A stretch of DNA of 64,000 bases from Faecalibacterium sp. CAG:1138 (GTDB lineage: Bacteria > Bacillota > Clostridia > Christensenellales > CAG-917). Positions 44,460-53,443 of this stretch are shown here, piece by piece (positions within the stretch are counted from its first letter, which is position 1; each line of letters opens with the position of its first letter). A program made the translations under genes and the position numbers. The DNA lies in contig HF988640.1 of assembly GCA_000434675.1 (NCBI GenBank), forward strand, positions 29,937 to 93,936. The letters are read 5' to 3'. The notes beneath the pieces were generated by a model that ran no database searches, was not told where the DNA came from, and worked only from the letters and a program-made list of their open reading frames with translations.

Positions 44460-46760
44460 ATGAACAGAAAACGAATTTCTGCATTTTTCACTATAGTTAT
44501 GGTGCTGGCGGTGATATTGTCGCTGTCCGCGTGCGACGTTCAGGGGCTTAAAAAACTGGACGCTCCGGTCGTAACCGTTTCGGAAACGGGGCTTGCTTCA
44601 TGGGAAGCAGTCGAAGGGGCCGTCGGATACAAATACAAAATAAACAACGGTTTCGAAAAGGAAACCGTCGAAACTTCCGTTCAGCTTCAACATAACGAAA
44701 CGATAGTCGTCAAGGCTATCGGCGACGGAAAAAAATACTCGAACAGCGATTACAGCATAGGTAAGAAATACGTTGCCTCTTCTTCCGAGAAAAAAACCTT
44801 GCCTGCGCCCGTTGTCGGCGTGTCGGAAGACGGCGTTGCCACGTGGAACGCGGTAGAAGGCGCTTCGGGCTATGCGTACAAAATCGACGACGGCGCGGAA
44901 ATCAGAACGAACGAAACCTCCGTTACTCTTGAAAACGGCCAAAGCGTCAGGGTTAAGGCCGTGGGCGACGGGAAGGAATATTCGGACAGCGCCTATTCGA
45001 GCGTGGTGAAATATATCGAAGGGCAAGCGTCTTGCAGTCACGTTGACTCGGACGACGACGGTCGCTGCGACAACTGCAATTTGGTGATTGCCGTTTACCT
45101 TGATCTTTTCGCCGTCAACGATTTGCACGGGAAAATCTTCGATACGTCGGATCAACCCGGCGTGGACGAGCTCACGACTTACCTGAAAGGCTATGCCGCA
45201 AACGGCAATTCCGTGGTGCTTTCGTCGGGAGATATGTGGCAGGGAAGCAGCGAATCCAACCTCACCAAAGGCAACATGATGACGGAATGGATGAACGAAC
45301 TGAACTTCGTTTCGATGACCTTGGGCAATCACGAGTTCGACTGGGGCGAAGAAAAGATTTCGGACAATCTGGCAATTGCCGATTTTCCGTTTTTGGCCAT
45401 CAACGTCAGAAAAAGAAGCACGGGCGAAATAGCGGATTATTGTCAGCCGTCGGTTACGGTGGAACGCTGCGGAGTCAAAATCGGCATTATCGGCGCAATA
45501 GGAAATTGCTATTCCTCGATATCCGCAAGTCAGGTCGAAGACGTTTATTTCATAACGGGAAGCAGTCTGACGAATCTGGTGAAGGCCGAGGCCCAGAAGA
45601 TGAGGAGCGAAGGCGCGGACGTCATTATTTACAGCTGGCACGACAGCTATAGTAACAACGAATACGACAGCGTGCTCAGCAGCTACGTCGACGTGGTTTT
45701 CGAAGGGCATACGCACAGTAGATACGTCTATAAGGACGGGCGCGGAATTTATCACTTGCAGAACGGCGCGGAAAATGAAGGCATTTCGCACGCAAAAGTC
45801 AAAATAGATTGTTTAACAAATCAAAACAGCGTCGTAAAAGCCGAAATCGTGCCGAATAGCGTGTACAAAACCTATGCGCAGGACCCGATTGTGAACAAGC
45901 TGCAATCCAAATACAGCGAACAGATTGCCATGGCCTCCAGAGTGGTTGGCTACAACGACGTGCAGCGCGACAGAAACGAGCTCAGGCAAACCGTTGCGCA
46001 GAAATACATCGAAAAAGGCCTTGAAAAGTGGGGCGCAAATTACGACATCGTTCTCGGCGGCGGTTATCTGTCGGTGAGAAGCCCAGGACACCTCGCGGCC
46101 GGCGAGATAACCTATTCGATGCTGATGAGCATTATGCCGTTCGACAACAGACTGGTTCTTTGCACGGTGTCGGGCTCGAAACTTTTGTCGCAGTTTATCA
46201 ACACGCAAAACAACAACTATTTCGTTGCTTATTCTTCTTACGGCGACTCGGTGAAAAACTCGGTGGACGAAAGCAAAACCTACTACATCGTAACCGACAC
46301 CTACAGTTCGGACTACGCGCCTAACGCGCTTACGGTGGTGGATTATTACGACGCGGACGTCTTTGCCCGAGATCTTCTGGCGGAATTCATCGAAGAGGGC
46401 GGCTACGGAAGCGCGCCTACGGACGACTACGTGCTTACGACCATTCCGGAGGCGCTGACGATAGGCGGCAACCTTGCAAACAACGCTACGTCGGAATACG
46501 CCTACTACGTCGAAGGAACGGTGAAAAACGTCGTGTCCGAAACGTACGGAAACCTCTATATCGAGGACGAGGACGGCAACGTGCTTTACGTTTACGGCGT
46601 TTACGACGCAAGCGGAACCCGTTACGACGGACTTTCCGACAAGCCGAAGGTGGGAGACAAAGTGGTTTTGAAGGGAAAAATCACAAATTATTACAACGCC
46701 GAAACGGGGACGAACATAATTGAACTAAAGAGCGCAATCATCGTGAAACTCGGTGATTAG
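44460..46760 (+). CDS. Lipoprotein: 2 FN3-like modules + metallophosphatase/5'-nucleotidase + C-terminal OB-fold (YhcR/UshA-like)
   Basis: ATG 44460 follows RBS AGGAGG. Lipobox 'LSLSAC'. 'LDAPVVTVSETGLASWEAVEGAVGY' and 'LPAPVVGVSEDGVATWNAVEGASGY'. 'AVNDLHG', 'SGDMWQGS' and 'GNHEFDWG'. C-terminal 'YYVEGTVKNV...GDKVVLKGKITNY'. Confidence 0.85.
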   Translation: MNRKRISAFFTIVMVLAVILSLSACDVQGLKKLDAPVVTVSETGLASWEAVEGAVGYKYKINNGFEKETVETSVQLQHNETIVVKAIGDGKKYSNSDYSIGKKYVASSSEKKTLPAPVVGVSEDGVATWNAVEGASGYAYKIDDGAEIRTNETSVTLENGQSVRVKAVGDGKEYSDSAYSSVVKYIEGQASCSHVDSDDDGRCDNCNLVIAVYLDLFAVNDLHGKIFDTSDQPGVDELTTYLKGYAANGNSVVLSSGDMWQGSSESNLTKGNMMTEWMNELNFVSMTLGNHEFDWGEEKISDNLAIADFPFLAINVRKRSTGEIADYCQPSVTVERCGVKIGIIGAIGNCYSSISASQVEDVYFITGSSLTNLVKAEAQKMRSEGADVIIYSWHDSYSNNEYDSVLSSYVDVVFEGHTHSRYVYKDGRGIYHLQNGAENEGISHAKVKIDCLTNQNSVVKAEIVPNSVYKTYAQDPIVNKLQSKYSEQIAMASRVVGYNDVQRDRNELRQTVAQKYIEKGLEKWGANYDIVLGGGYLSVRSPGHLAAGEITYSMLMSIMPFDNRLVLCTVSGSKLLSQFINTQNNNYFVAYSSYGDSVKNSVDESKTYYIVTDTYSSDYAPNALTVVDYYDADVFARDLLAEFIEEGGYGSAPTDDYVLTTIPEALTIGGNLANNATSEYAYYVEGTVKNVVSETYGNLYIEDEDGNVLYVYGVYDASGTRYDGLSDKPKVGDKVVLKGKITNYYNAETGTNIIELKSAIIVKLGD

Positions 46761-46773
46761 CGGTGGGGTGAAA

Positions 46774-47448
46774 ATGGAGATTTTTTCAAATGACGCACGG
46801 CCGAATTCGGCCAAAAACCGCATTTCGGGGGCGGAAATCGCGCTTTTTGCGTTGACGTTTGCGATCACGCCGATCGTCGGCGCGATAGTGATAACGCGGG
46901 CGCCGGAGCGCGCGGTGAGCACTTCGCTTTCGGGCCTTGCCTGGCGATGCGGACTGATGGCGCCGATATGTGTGTGGGGCGTGCTGTTTTTCGTCAACTA
47001 CTTTTTGTCGCTTAAGATGACCTTGGACGCCGCGGGCGCAAAAAAACGGGTGAAAATCACGGCCTACGTTCTGTTCGGAATTGCGGCGGCGTTCACGGTG
47101 GCAACGATGTGCTTCCCGTTTTTGCACGGCGACGACGATCCCGAGGTGGTGTGGCAGAGAACCGTTCACAACAAGCTCGCGCCGGTCGGATTTTCGGTGC
47201 TTCTGGTGGAAACGGTGGTGGTTTTGCTGCTGTCGGTGCTAAGAAACTACAAACAGTTTATGGTGTCCGCGGCGATAGCGGCGCTGTTTCTCGTTTCGTC
47301 GATATTTTTTGCCTGCGAGGCAAACGACCTTTCAAGCTCGATGCGGATATCCGCGGTTGCGCAGGTGTACGTTTTATGCGCGATGAACGCTTGCCTCGCA
47401 TTCGAGTACATTCTGACGACGCTTTTCGACCCTATGCAAAAATCCTGA
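46774..47448 (+). CDS. Hypothetical multi-pass membrane protein
   Basis: About 224 aa from ATG 46774, about 6 predicted TM helices, no recognised motif. Confidence 0.5.
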   Translation: MEIFSNDARPNSAKNRISGAEIALFALTFAITPIVGAIVITRAPERAVSTSLSGLAWRCGLMAPICVWGVLFFVNYFLSLKMTLDAAGAKKRVKITAYVLFGIAAAFTVATMCFPFLHGDDDPEVVWQRTVHNKLAPVGFSVLLVETVVVLLLSVLRNYKQFMVSAAIAALFLVSSIFFACEANDLSSSMRISAVAQVYVLCAMNACLAFEYILTTLFDPMQKS

Positions 47449-47654
47449 AGATAAGGCTCGACCGCTTGCGGACGGGCTTTTAATTTGCGCTTTGCGGCCG
47501 AGAAGAAAAAAATTTGTATATTTTTTTGCCAATTAGTGCCAAGAAAGGGCTTTCCGTTTGATTTTTGTTTCGTTTGATGTTATAATTTAGCCGCTACAAA
47601 TAAAAGACACTCAGGCAAAAACCGTCGTTTGCTTGGTTCGTTATAGGTGATAAA

Positions 47655-49088
47655 ATGAGAAAATTCGACACGAAAGTTCAACATCTGAAGTACAAGGTCT
47701 TGAGAGAGGTCGCAAGGGCCGCTTGGCAAGACAAGCTTTTGGAAACCATTCCGGACATTCCGAAAATCATCGTCCCGGGCAAAATCCCGACGATGCGTTG
47801 CTGCGTTTATAAGGAACGCGCAATCGTTGTCGAAAGGGTAAAAATCGCCATGGGCGGCAACAAGGAAAACCCTAACGTAATCGAAGTTATCGACATCGCC
47901 TGCGACGAATGTCCGATGGGCGGATACGAGGTTACCAACTCCTGCCGCGGCTGTCTGGCTCACAGATGCGAGGACGTGTGCAAATTCGGGGCAATAAGCT
48001 TCGATCAGCACCACGTTGCCCATATCGACAAAACCAAGTGCAAGGAATGCGGCGCATGCTCGAAGGTTTGCCCGTACAGCGCAATAAGGAACTATCGTCG
48101 CCCTTGCGAACAGGCCTGCAAAATCAAGGCCATTTCCATGGGATCGGATATGGAAGCCACCATCGACAACAACAAGTGCATTTCCTGCGGCGCGTGCGTT
48201 TATCAATGCCCGTTCGGCGCAATAACGGACAAGTCGTTTATTTTGGACGTCATAAAATACATCAAAGAAAGCGAAAACAATCAAAAATACAAGGTTTACG
48301 CAGTCGTCGCGCCGACCATCGCCAGCCAGTTTACCTATGCAAAACTGGGGCAGGTTGTAACGGGGTTGAAGCTTCTCGGTTTCGACACAGTTACCGAAGC
48401 CGCGCTCGGCGCGGATATGGTGGCCGCGGCCGAATCCAAAGAGCTTGCCGAAAAAGGCTTTTTGACCAGCTCGTGCTGCCCGGCGTTCGTAAGCTATATT
48501 CAGAAGAACTTCCCGGTGCTGACGCCGTTCGTGTCTCATAATCTGTCGCCTATGGCCACCATCGGCAAGTATATCAAAGAACATTCCGACAGCCCTTGCA
48601 AAGTGGTGTTCATCGGGCCTTGCACCGCCAAAAAGGCAGAGGTTCAAAAGGACGAAGTCAAGCCTTACGTCGACGTGGCAATCACTTTTGAAGAATTGCA
48701 GGCGCTGTTTGACAGCAGAGATATCGACATCACCACGCTCGAGGAAAGCGAACTGGACAACGCGTCGTATTTCGGCAGAATTTTCGCCCGCTGCGGCGGT
48801 TTGTCGGATGCGGTGTCAGAAGGGCTTAAGGAACAAGGTTTGGAGGATTTCGCCCTCAAATCCTGCTCTTGCGACGGCATCGAGGAATGCAAGGTCGCTC
48901 TCCTCAAAAAGAGCAAAGGTCTTTTGGACGCAAACTTCATCGAAGGTATGGCTTGCGTCGGAGGCTGCATAGGCGGAGCGGGTTGCTTAACTCACGGCGA
49001 CAAGAACCGCATCGAAGTCGAAAAGCACGGAAAGACATCCGACAAAACGATCACGTCGGCAATCTCCGAATACGAACAAAAAAGATAA
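47655..49088 (+). CDS. [FeFe]-hydrogenase-family protein with 4Fe-4S ferredoxin domains
   Basis: H-cluster motifs 'TSSCCPAF', 'GPCTAKKAE' and 'EGMACVGGCIGGAG'. Two CxxCxxCxxxCP ferredoxin motifs. Atypical N-terminal ~70 aa. Confidence 0.85.
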   Translation: MRKFDTKVQHLKYKVLREVARAAWQDKLLETIPDIPKIIVPGKIPTMRCCVYKERAIVVERVKIAMGGNKENPNVIEVIDIACDECPMGGYEVTNSCRGCLAHRCEDVCKFGAISFDQHHVAHIDKTKCKECGACSKVCPYSAIRNYRRPCEQACKIKAISMGSDMEATIDNNKCISCGACVYQCPFGAITDKSFILDVIKYIKESENNQKYKVYAVVAPTIASQFTYAKLGQVVTGLKLLGFDTVTEAALGADMVAAAESKELAEKGFLTSSCCPAFVSYIQKNFPVLTPFVSHNLSPMATIGKYIKEHSDSPCKVVFIGPCTAKKAEVQKDEVKPYVDVAITFEELQALFDSRDIDITTLEESELDNASYFGRIFARCGGLSDAVSEGLKEQGLEDFALKSCSCDGIEECKVALLKKSKGLLDANFIEGMACVGGCIGGAGCLTHGDKNRIEVEKHGKTSDKTITSAISEYEQKR

Positions 49089-49090
49089 AG

Positions 49091-49114
49091 GAAGGCCTCA
49101 AGGCCTTCTTTTTT
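49091..49114 (+). terminator. Terminator after the hydrogenase gene
   Basis: GAAGGCC-TCAA-GGCCTTC followed by T6. Confidence 0.8.
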
Positions 49115-49243
49115 AACCGCGAAGCGCGGAAAAGACGAAGAGTTTTGGCAACGGTACTTGAAATGTAAGATTGTTTTTAACGTATTGATTTTTTACGCGG
49201 GAAATGTTATAATGTTTTCAAACTTAAATGCGGAGGAAACCGT

Positions 49244-50002
49244 ATGATTTTCTGTTTTTCCGGAACGGGCAACAGCAGGTATATAGCAAAAATAATTGCC
49301 GAGGAGACTGGCGACGAAATCGTCGATCTGAACGAAAAAATCAAAAAAGACGACCGTTCACCCGTTTCGGTGAACGGCGACGCAATCGTCGTAACGCCGA
49401 CTTATGCGTGGCGTATTCCGCGGATAGTATCGGGGTGGCTTTCCGCAACGGAGCTTTCGGGCGCAGAGCGAGTTTGGTTCGTGATGGACTGCGGCGGCGA
49501 AATCGGCAACGCTGCAAAATACAACCGTCTGCTTGCCGAGGAAAAGAACCTCGTCTATATGGGGACGGCGCAAATCGTTATGCCGGAAAACTACATTGCA
49601 ATGTTCGACGTTCCCGAGGACGGCGAAGCCGCAAAAATCGTCAAGGCCGCAGAGCCTTATATCGATGACGTTATTTTGCACGTTAAATCGGGCGAAGCCT
49701 TTGCGGCTCCGCGAAACAACCTCTACGACCGCTTTATGAGCGGACCGGTGAATCCGATTTTCTATCGGTTCTTCGTGAAAGCAGACGCGTTCAGGGTAAA
49801 CGGTGGCTGCGTCGGCTGCGGCCTTTGCGCAAAAAAATGCCCGTTGAACAACGTTCGTTTGAAGGACGGAAAGCCTGTTTGGGGAAATGAATGTACCCAT
49901 TGCATGGCGTGCATTTGCTATTGCCCGAAAGAGGCCGTGGAATACGGAAAAAAGAGCGGCGGCAAGCCGCGCTACCATTTTGAGAGGTTGGACGTCAAAT
50001 AG
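49244..50002 (+). CDS. EFR1-family ferredoxin (flavodoxin-like N-domain + 2x[4Fe-4S])
   Basis: 'MIFCFSGTGNSRYIAK' N-terminus. 'CVGCGLCAKKCP' and 'CTHCMACICYCP'. Confidence 0.75.
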   Translation: MIFCFSGTGNSRYIAKIIAEETGDEIVDLNEKIKKDDRSPVSVNGDAIVVTPTYAWRIPRIVSGWLSATELSGAERVWFVMDCGGEIGNAAKYNRLLAEEKNLVYMGTAQIVMPENYIAMFDVPEDGEAAKIVKAAEPYIDDVILHVKSGEAFAAPRNNLYDRFMSGPVNPIFYRFFVKADAFRVNGGCVGCGLCAKKCPLNNVRLKDGKPVWGNECTHCMACICYCPKEAVEYGKKSGGKPRYHFERLDVK

Positions 50003-50032
50003 CTGCGAAAAAATTAAAGAGGGGAACAAAGT

Positions 50033-50557
50033 ATGGAAATCAGACAGCTTGAAAGATGCGATTACCGTGGCAAAAAATTCACCGTACGGTACAAAACGCA
50101 CGGTTATTATGACGTTTGCGCTGCTGAACACGGGTTTCTGCTGAAATACACTCGATTTAAAAAACCGATTGAAAAATCCTTCGACGCCGAGTTCTTCGGC
50201 GAATGGCTGGAAAATCCCGTTGCCTTCGGCGCTTTTGAAAACGGCGAAATTATAGGCTACGTGGAAGGCTCGGCGGAAAGCTGGAACAACCGCTTCCGCA
50301 TAAGCAACGTCGTCGTTTTCGACAACGAAAACCGCAAAAGAGGCGTGGGCACTTTGCTTATGAACGCCATTATGAAAAAGGCGGAGGAGTCAAATGTGCG
50401 CATGATCGTTCTCGAAACGCAGTCGTGCAACGAAACCGCAATCGCGTTTTACAAATCCCAAGGCTTTGAAATCATCGGGTTCGACTTGTATTCTTATTCC
50501 AACGACGATCCCGCTCGCCACGAAGTCAGAATCGAAATGGGCAAAAAAATCCTTTAA
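50033..50557 (+). CDS. GNAT-family N-acetyltransferase (streptothricin-acetyltransferase-like)
   Basis: 'RKRGVGTLLMNAIMKKAEE' acetyl-CoA motif and 'AIAFYKSQGFEIIGFD'. Confidence 0.85.
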   Translation: MEIRQLERCDYRGKKFTVRYKTHGYYDVCAAEHGFLLKYTRFKKPIEKSFDAEFFGEWLENPVAFGAFENGEIIGYVEGSAESWNNRFRISNVVVFDNENRKRGVGTLLMNAIMKKAEESNVRMIVLETQSCNETAIAFYKSQGFEIIGFDLYSYSNDDPARHEVRIEMGKKIL

Positions 50558-50662
50558 TTTGCAATCTATGAGGATAAGCGTTGCTTTCCCGCCCGTTCGA
50601 ATCCCATCTTACATTGCGAAATAAAAACAAAGGCACCTTAAACAAGATGCCTTTGCGTTTGT

Positions 50663-50751
50663 TGGCGGAGGCTGAGGGATTCGAACCCCCGTGGGCTTTC
50701 ACCCAAACGGTTTTCAAGACCGCCTCGTTATGACCGCTTCGATAAGCCTCC
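50663..50751 (-). tRNA. tRNA-Ser (anticodon UGA), class II with long variable arm, CCA encoded
   Basis: Reverse complement folds as GGAGGCT-TA-TCG..CGA-G-GCGGT-CTTGAAA-ACCGT-variable arm TGGGTGAAAGCCCA-T-arm GGGGG-TTCGAAT-CCCTC-AGCCTCC-G-CCA. A hairpin plus T-run follows at about 50626-50655. Confidence 0.85.
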
Positions 50752-50880
50752 GCAATTATTAAATTGTAGTTAAATTTTTGCTGTTTGCTTTATTTGCCCA
50801 CTTGGCTCCGCCCCGTTATGGTCCGACTTCGGCTCAAAGAGCCTCGTTCGCTTTGGCTGCTTGCATTTGAAACATACTAA

Positions 50881-50909
50881 AGTATATCAAAATATGTTTC
50901 GGGTGTCAA
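50881..50909 (-). promoter_or_regulatory. Strong sigma-A promoter about 122 nt upstream of tRNA-Ser
   Basis: On the minus strand: TTGACA (50909-50904), 17-nt spacer, TATACT (50886-50881). Confidence 0.6.
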
Positions 50910-51013
50910 ACCTTTGGCTTTGATTGAAAAAACAAAAAATTTTTGATTTTTTTCAAAAAAGTTCGCGCTAATGCTTGTTTATTTTGGAAAAAGTGTGTAA
51001 TATATATTCGTTA

Positions 51014-51089
51014 CGAGGTGTAGCGCAGATGGTAGCGCGCTTGGTTCGGGACCAAGAGGTCGCGTGTTCGAATCCCGTCACCTCGACCA
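51014..51089 (+). tRNA. tRNA-Pro (anticodon CGG), CCA encoded
   Basis: CGAGGTG-TA-GCGC..GCGC-G-CTTGG-TTCGGGA-CCAAG-AGGTC-GCGTG-TTCGAAT-CCCGT-CACCTCG-A-CCA, with one T-stem mismatch. A terminator hairpin AAACGCAAG..CTTGCGTTT plus Ts follows. Confidence 0.8.
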
Positions 51090-51278
51090 ACCAAAAACGC
51101 AAGCGATAAATTCACTTGCGTTTTTATTATTTATTTACATAAATAATTCCGTCCGCAAAGCGGCCGAGCCGGTCGGTTGCGGGCGTCGCCGGCCTTCAAA
51201 ATTAAATCACGGAAACCGCCGTTATAATGTAAAACGAAAAAATCACGAAAATGAAAAACCGCCTCGGCGGCGGATTAT

Positions 51279-51461
51279 TCATAAGTCGTCCACGTCTTGC
51301 GTTGGGACGTCGGCCAGAGCTTCAACCATGCCGACGCCGCGTTCGTCCTGAACGGGCATTCCGGTGTAGCTGCCAAGCGGGTCCCACGGATTGCCGACGC
51401 CTTTGGTGAAGTCGTTTAAGTTACGCACGAAATTTTTGGTTTTTGATTTTTTGGATTTCAT
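51279..51461 (-). CDS. Small hypothetical protein (60 aa)
   Basis: Strong RBS GGAGGG 7 nt before the ATG. Hairpin plus T-run after the stop. Basic N-terminus, 'GNPWDPLGSYTGMP' core and acidic C-terminus. Confidence 0.55.
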   Translation of the reverse strand: MKSKKSKTKNFVRNLNDFTKGVGNPWDPLGSYTGMPVQDERGVGMVEALADVPTQDVDDL

Positions 51462-51600
51462 ATTTTACCCTCCGCGATTATCGTGTGCAAAAACCACGTT
51501 TTTATGTAGACAAAAACCGAGCGATTGTTGCAAAAAAATTTTCGCCGTTTCAAAAACGGAAAAATTCGGCCGTACAAAATTTCACCCCGCGAAAAAACGC

Positions 51601-51629
51601 TTGACATAAAAAAAAGGCTATTGTAAAAT
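51601..51629 (+). promoter_or_regulatory. Promoter of the small lipoprotein gene
   Basis: TTGACA (51601-51606), 17-nt spacer, TAAAAT (51624-51629). Confidence 0.65.
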
Positions 51630-51659
51630 ATAGATACAAATTCTATGGAGGATTGAAAC

Positions 51660-52067
51660 ATGAAAAAATTTGCAAAAATTATGGCCCTCATGCTCGTCGT
51701 AGCTATGGGCGTTGCTATGCTTGTTGCTTGCGCTCCTGCAAGCAATCCCGAAAAAGCTCTCTCCGCTTTGAAAGAAAACGGTTATTCCGCTGCTAAAGAC
51801 ACCAGAATCATTCCGGCGGCTCTCATGGTTCTCGGCGTTAAGGGCGTCGATTGCGTAGTTTCCGGCAGCAACGGAACCGAAGGCAAAGAAGGTCACGTTA
51901 CCATCGTTTACTTCACTTCCAAAGACGCAGCAGATTCTGCATGGGAATCTGTTCAAAAATACGCTAAAAGCGAAGACAAAGAAAGCAAAGATTCCGATTG
52001 GGAAATCAAAAAATCCGGCAAAATGATTTACTGGGGCGACAGCAACGGTATCAAATCCGCCAGATAA
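51660..52067 (+). CDS. Small lipoprotein, hypothetical
   Basis: Lipobox 'AMLVACAP'. 135 aa. RBS GGAGGA. Confidence 0.7.
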   Translation: MKKFAKIMALMLVVAMGVAMLVACAPASNPEKALSALKENGYSAAKDTRIIPAALMVLGVKGVDCVVSGSNGTEGKEGHVTIVYFTSKDAADSAWESVQKYAKSEDKESKDSDWEIKKSGKMIYWGDSNGIKSAR

Positions 52068-52080
52068 CAATCAAACGAAA

Positions 52081-52102
52081 ACACGGCAATGCCGTGTTTT
52101 TT
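52081..52102 (+). terminator. Terminator after the lipoprotein gene
   Basis: CACGGC-AAT-GCCGTG followed by T6. Confidence 0.75.
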
Positions 52103-52116
52103 GTTGCTTAAAATAT

Positions 52117-52148
52117 TAAAAAAAGCGAGGCAACCGCCTCGCTTTTTA
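52117..52148. terminator. Bidirectional terminator (end of serS)
   Basis: AGCGAGGC-AACC-GCCTCGCT, flanked by A7 and T5. Confidence 0.8.
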
Positions 52149-52151
52149 TCG

Positions 52152-53435
52152 TTATTTTATCACTTCGACGCCGCCCATAAACGGTCTTAAAACCTCCGGA
52201 ACGGTAACGCTGCCGTCGGCGTTTTGGTACTGCTCGACGATTGCAGGCAGAATTCTGCTGGTGGCAAGGCCGCTGCCGTTTAAGGTGTGAACGTATTCCG
52301 GTTTGCCGGTTTTGGTATTCCTGAAGCGGGTGTTGTTGCGGCGCGCCTGATAGTCGTTGGCGTTGGAAACGCTGGAAACTTCCTTGTAGATGCCCATGGA
52401 CGGAATCCAGACTTCGATATCGTAGGTGCGTGCCATGCTGGCAGAGCAGTCGCCTGCGGCGAGCTTGGAAATGCGGAAGTGCAAGCCCAGTTTTTCGACG
52501 AGGCGAGCGGCTTTTTCTACGAGCTCTTCAAACGCTTCTTTGCTGTGCTCGGGATGAGCGTATTGCACCATTTCGATTTTGTTGAACTGGTGGCCTCTGA
52601 TCATGCCTCTTTCTTCCGAGCGATAGCTGCCGGCTTCCTTTCTGTAGCAAGGGGTGTAGGCGAAGAACTTGAGCGGAAGCTTTGCTTCGTCCAGAATTTC
52701 GCCGGAGTACATATTGACGAGCGCGGTTTCTGCGGTCGGAAGCATAAAGTGGCCTTTCTTTCTGTCGTCGTCTTCCTCTTTGATCCAGTAAACCTCGTCG
52801 GAGAATTTAGGGAATTGACCTGCGCCGAAGCCGCAGTTGTAGCCGAGCATGTGCGGAGGAAGAATCATTTCGTAGCCGTCGGCAAGATGTTCGGAAACGA
52901 AGAAGTTCAGAAGTGCCCATTCGAGCCTTGCGCCGAGGCCTCTGTAGAGCCAGTAGCCGTTGCCCGCAAGCTTGACGCCGCGGTCGTAGTCGATGATGCC
53001 CAAAGAAGTGCAGAGATCGACGTGGTTTTTCATAGGGAAGTCGAAAACCGGTTTTTCGCCGACCACTCTGATGACTTTGTTGTTTTCTTTTTCGCCGGCC
53101 AAAAGGTCGTCGTCAGGCATATTCGGAAGGCAGGCGATAAAACCGTTCACTTTGTCGGCAAGGTCGGAAACTTCTTTGTCGAGCTTTGCAACCTCGTCGC
53201 CGAGTTCGCGCATTTCTTTGAATATTTCGTCCACCGGTTGGCCGGCTTTTTTAAGCTTCGGAATTTCTGCGGAAACCTTATTGCGTTTTGCTTTGAGGGT
53301 TTCGACTTCCGCTATTTTTGCTTTTCTTTCGGCGTCCCATGCCAAAAGCTCCGTAAAATCAACCGTGCAGCCTTTTTTGGCCAGGCTCGCGGCCACCTTT
53401 TCAGGATTTGTTCTGATTAAATTTAAGTCCAACAT
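52152..53435 (-). CDS. serS: Seryl-tRNA synthetase
   Basis: 427 aa. N-terminal coiled-coil 'MLDLNLIRTNPEKV' and class II motifs ('FRSEERGMIRGHQFNKIE', 'GSGLATSR'). Confidence 0.97.
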   Translation of the reverse strand: MLDLNLIRTNPEKVAASLAKKGCTVDFTELLAWDAERKAKIAEVETLKAKRNKVSAEIPKLKKAGQPVDEIFKEMRELGDEVAKLDKEVSDLADKVNGFIACLPNMPDDDLLAGEKENNKVIRVVGEKPVFDFPMKNHVDLCTSLGIIDYDRGVKLAGNGYWLYRGLGARLEWALLNFFVSEHLADGYEMILPPHMLGYNCGFGAGQFPKFSDEVYWIKEEDDDRKKGHFMLPTAETALVNMYSGEILDEAKLPLKFFAYTPCYRKEAGSYRSEERGMIRGHQFNKIEMVQYAHPEHSKEAFEELVEKAARLVEKLGLHFRISKLAAGDCSASMARTYDIEVWIPSMGIYKEVSSVSNANDYQARRNNTRFRNTKTGKPEYVHTLNGSGLATSRILPAIVEQYQNADGSVTVPEVLRPFMGGVEVIK

Positions 53436-53443
53436 AATTTCAC

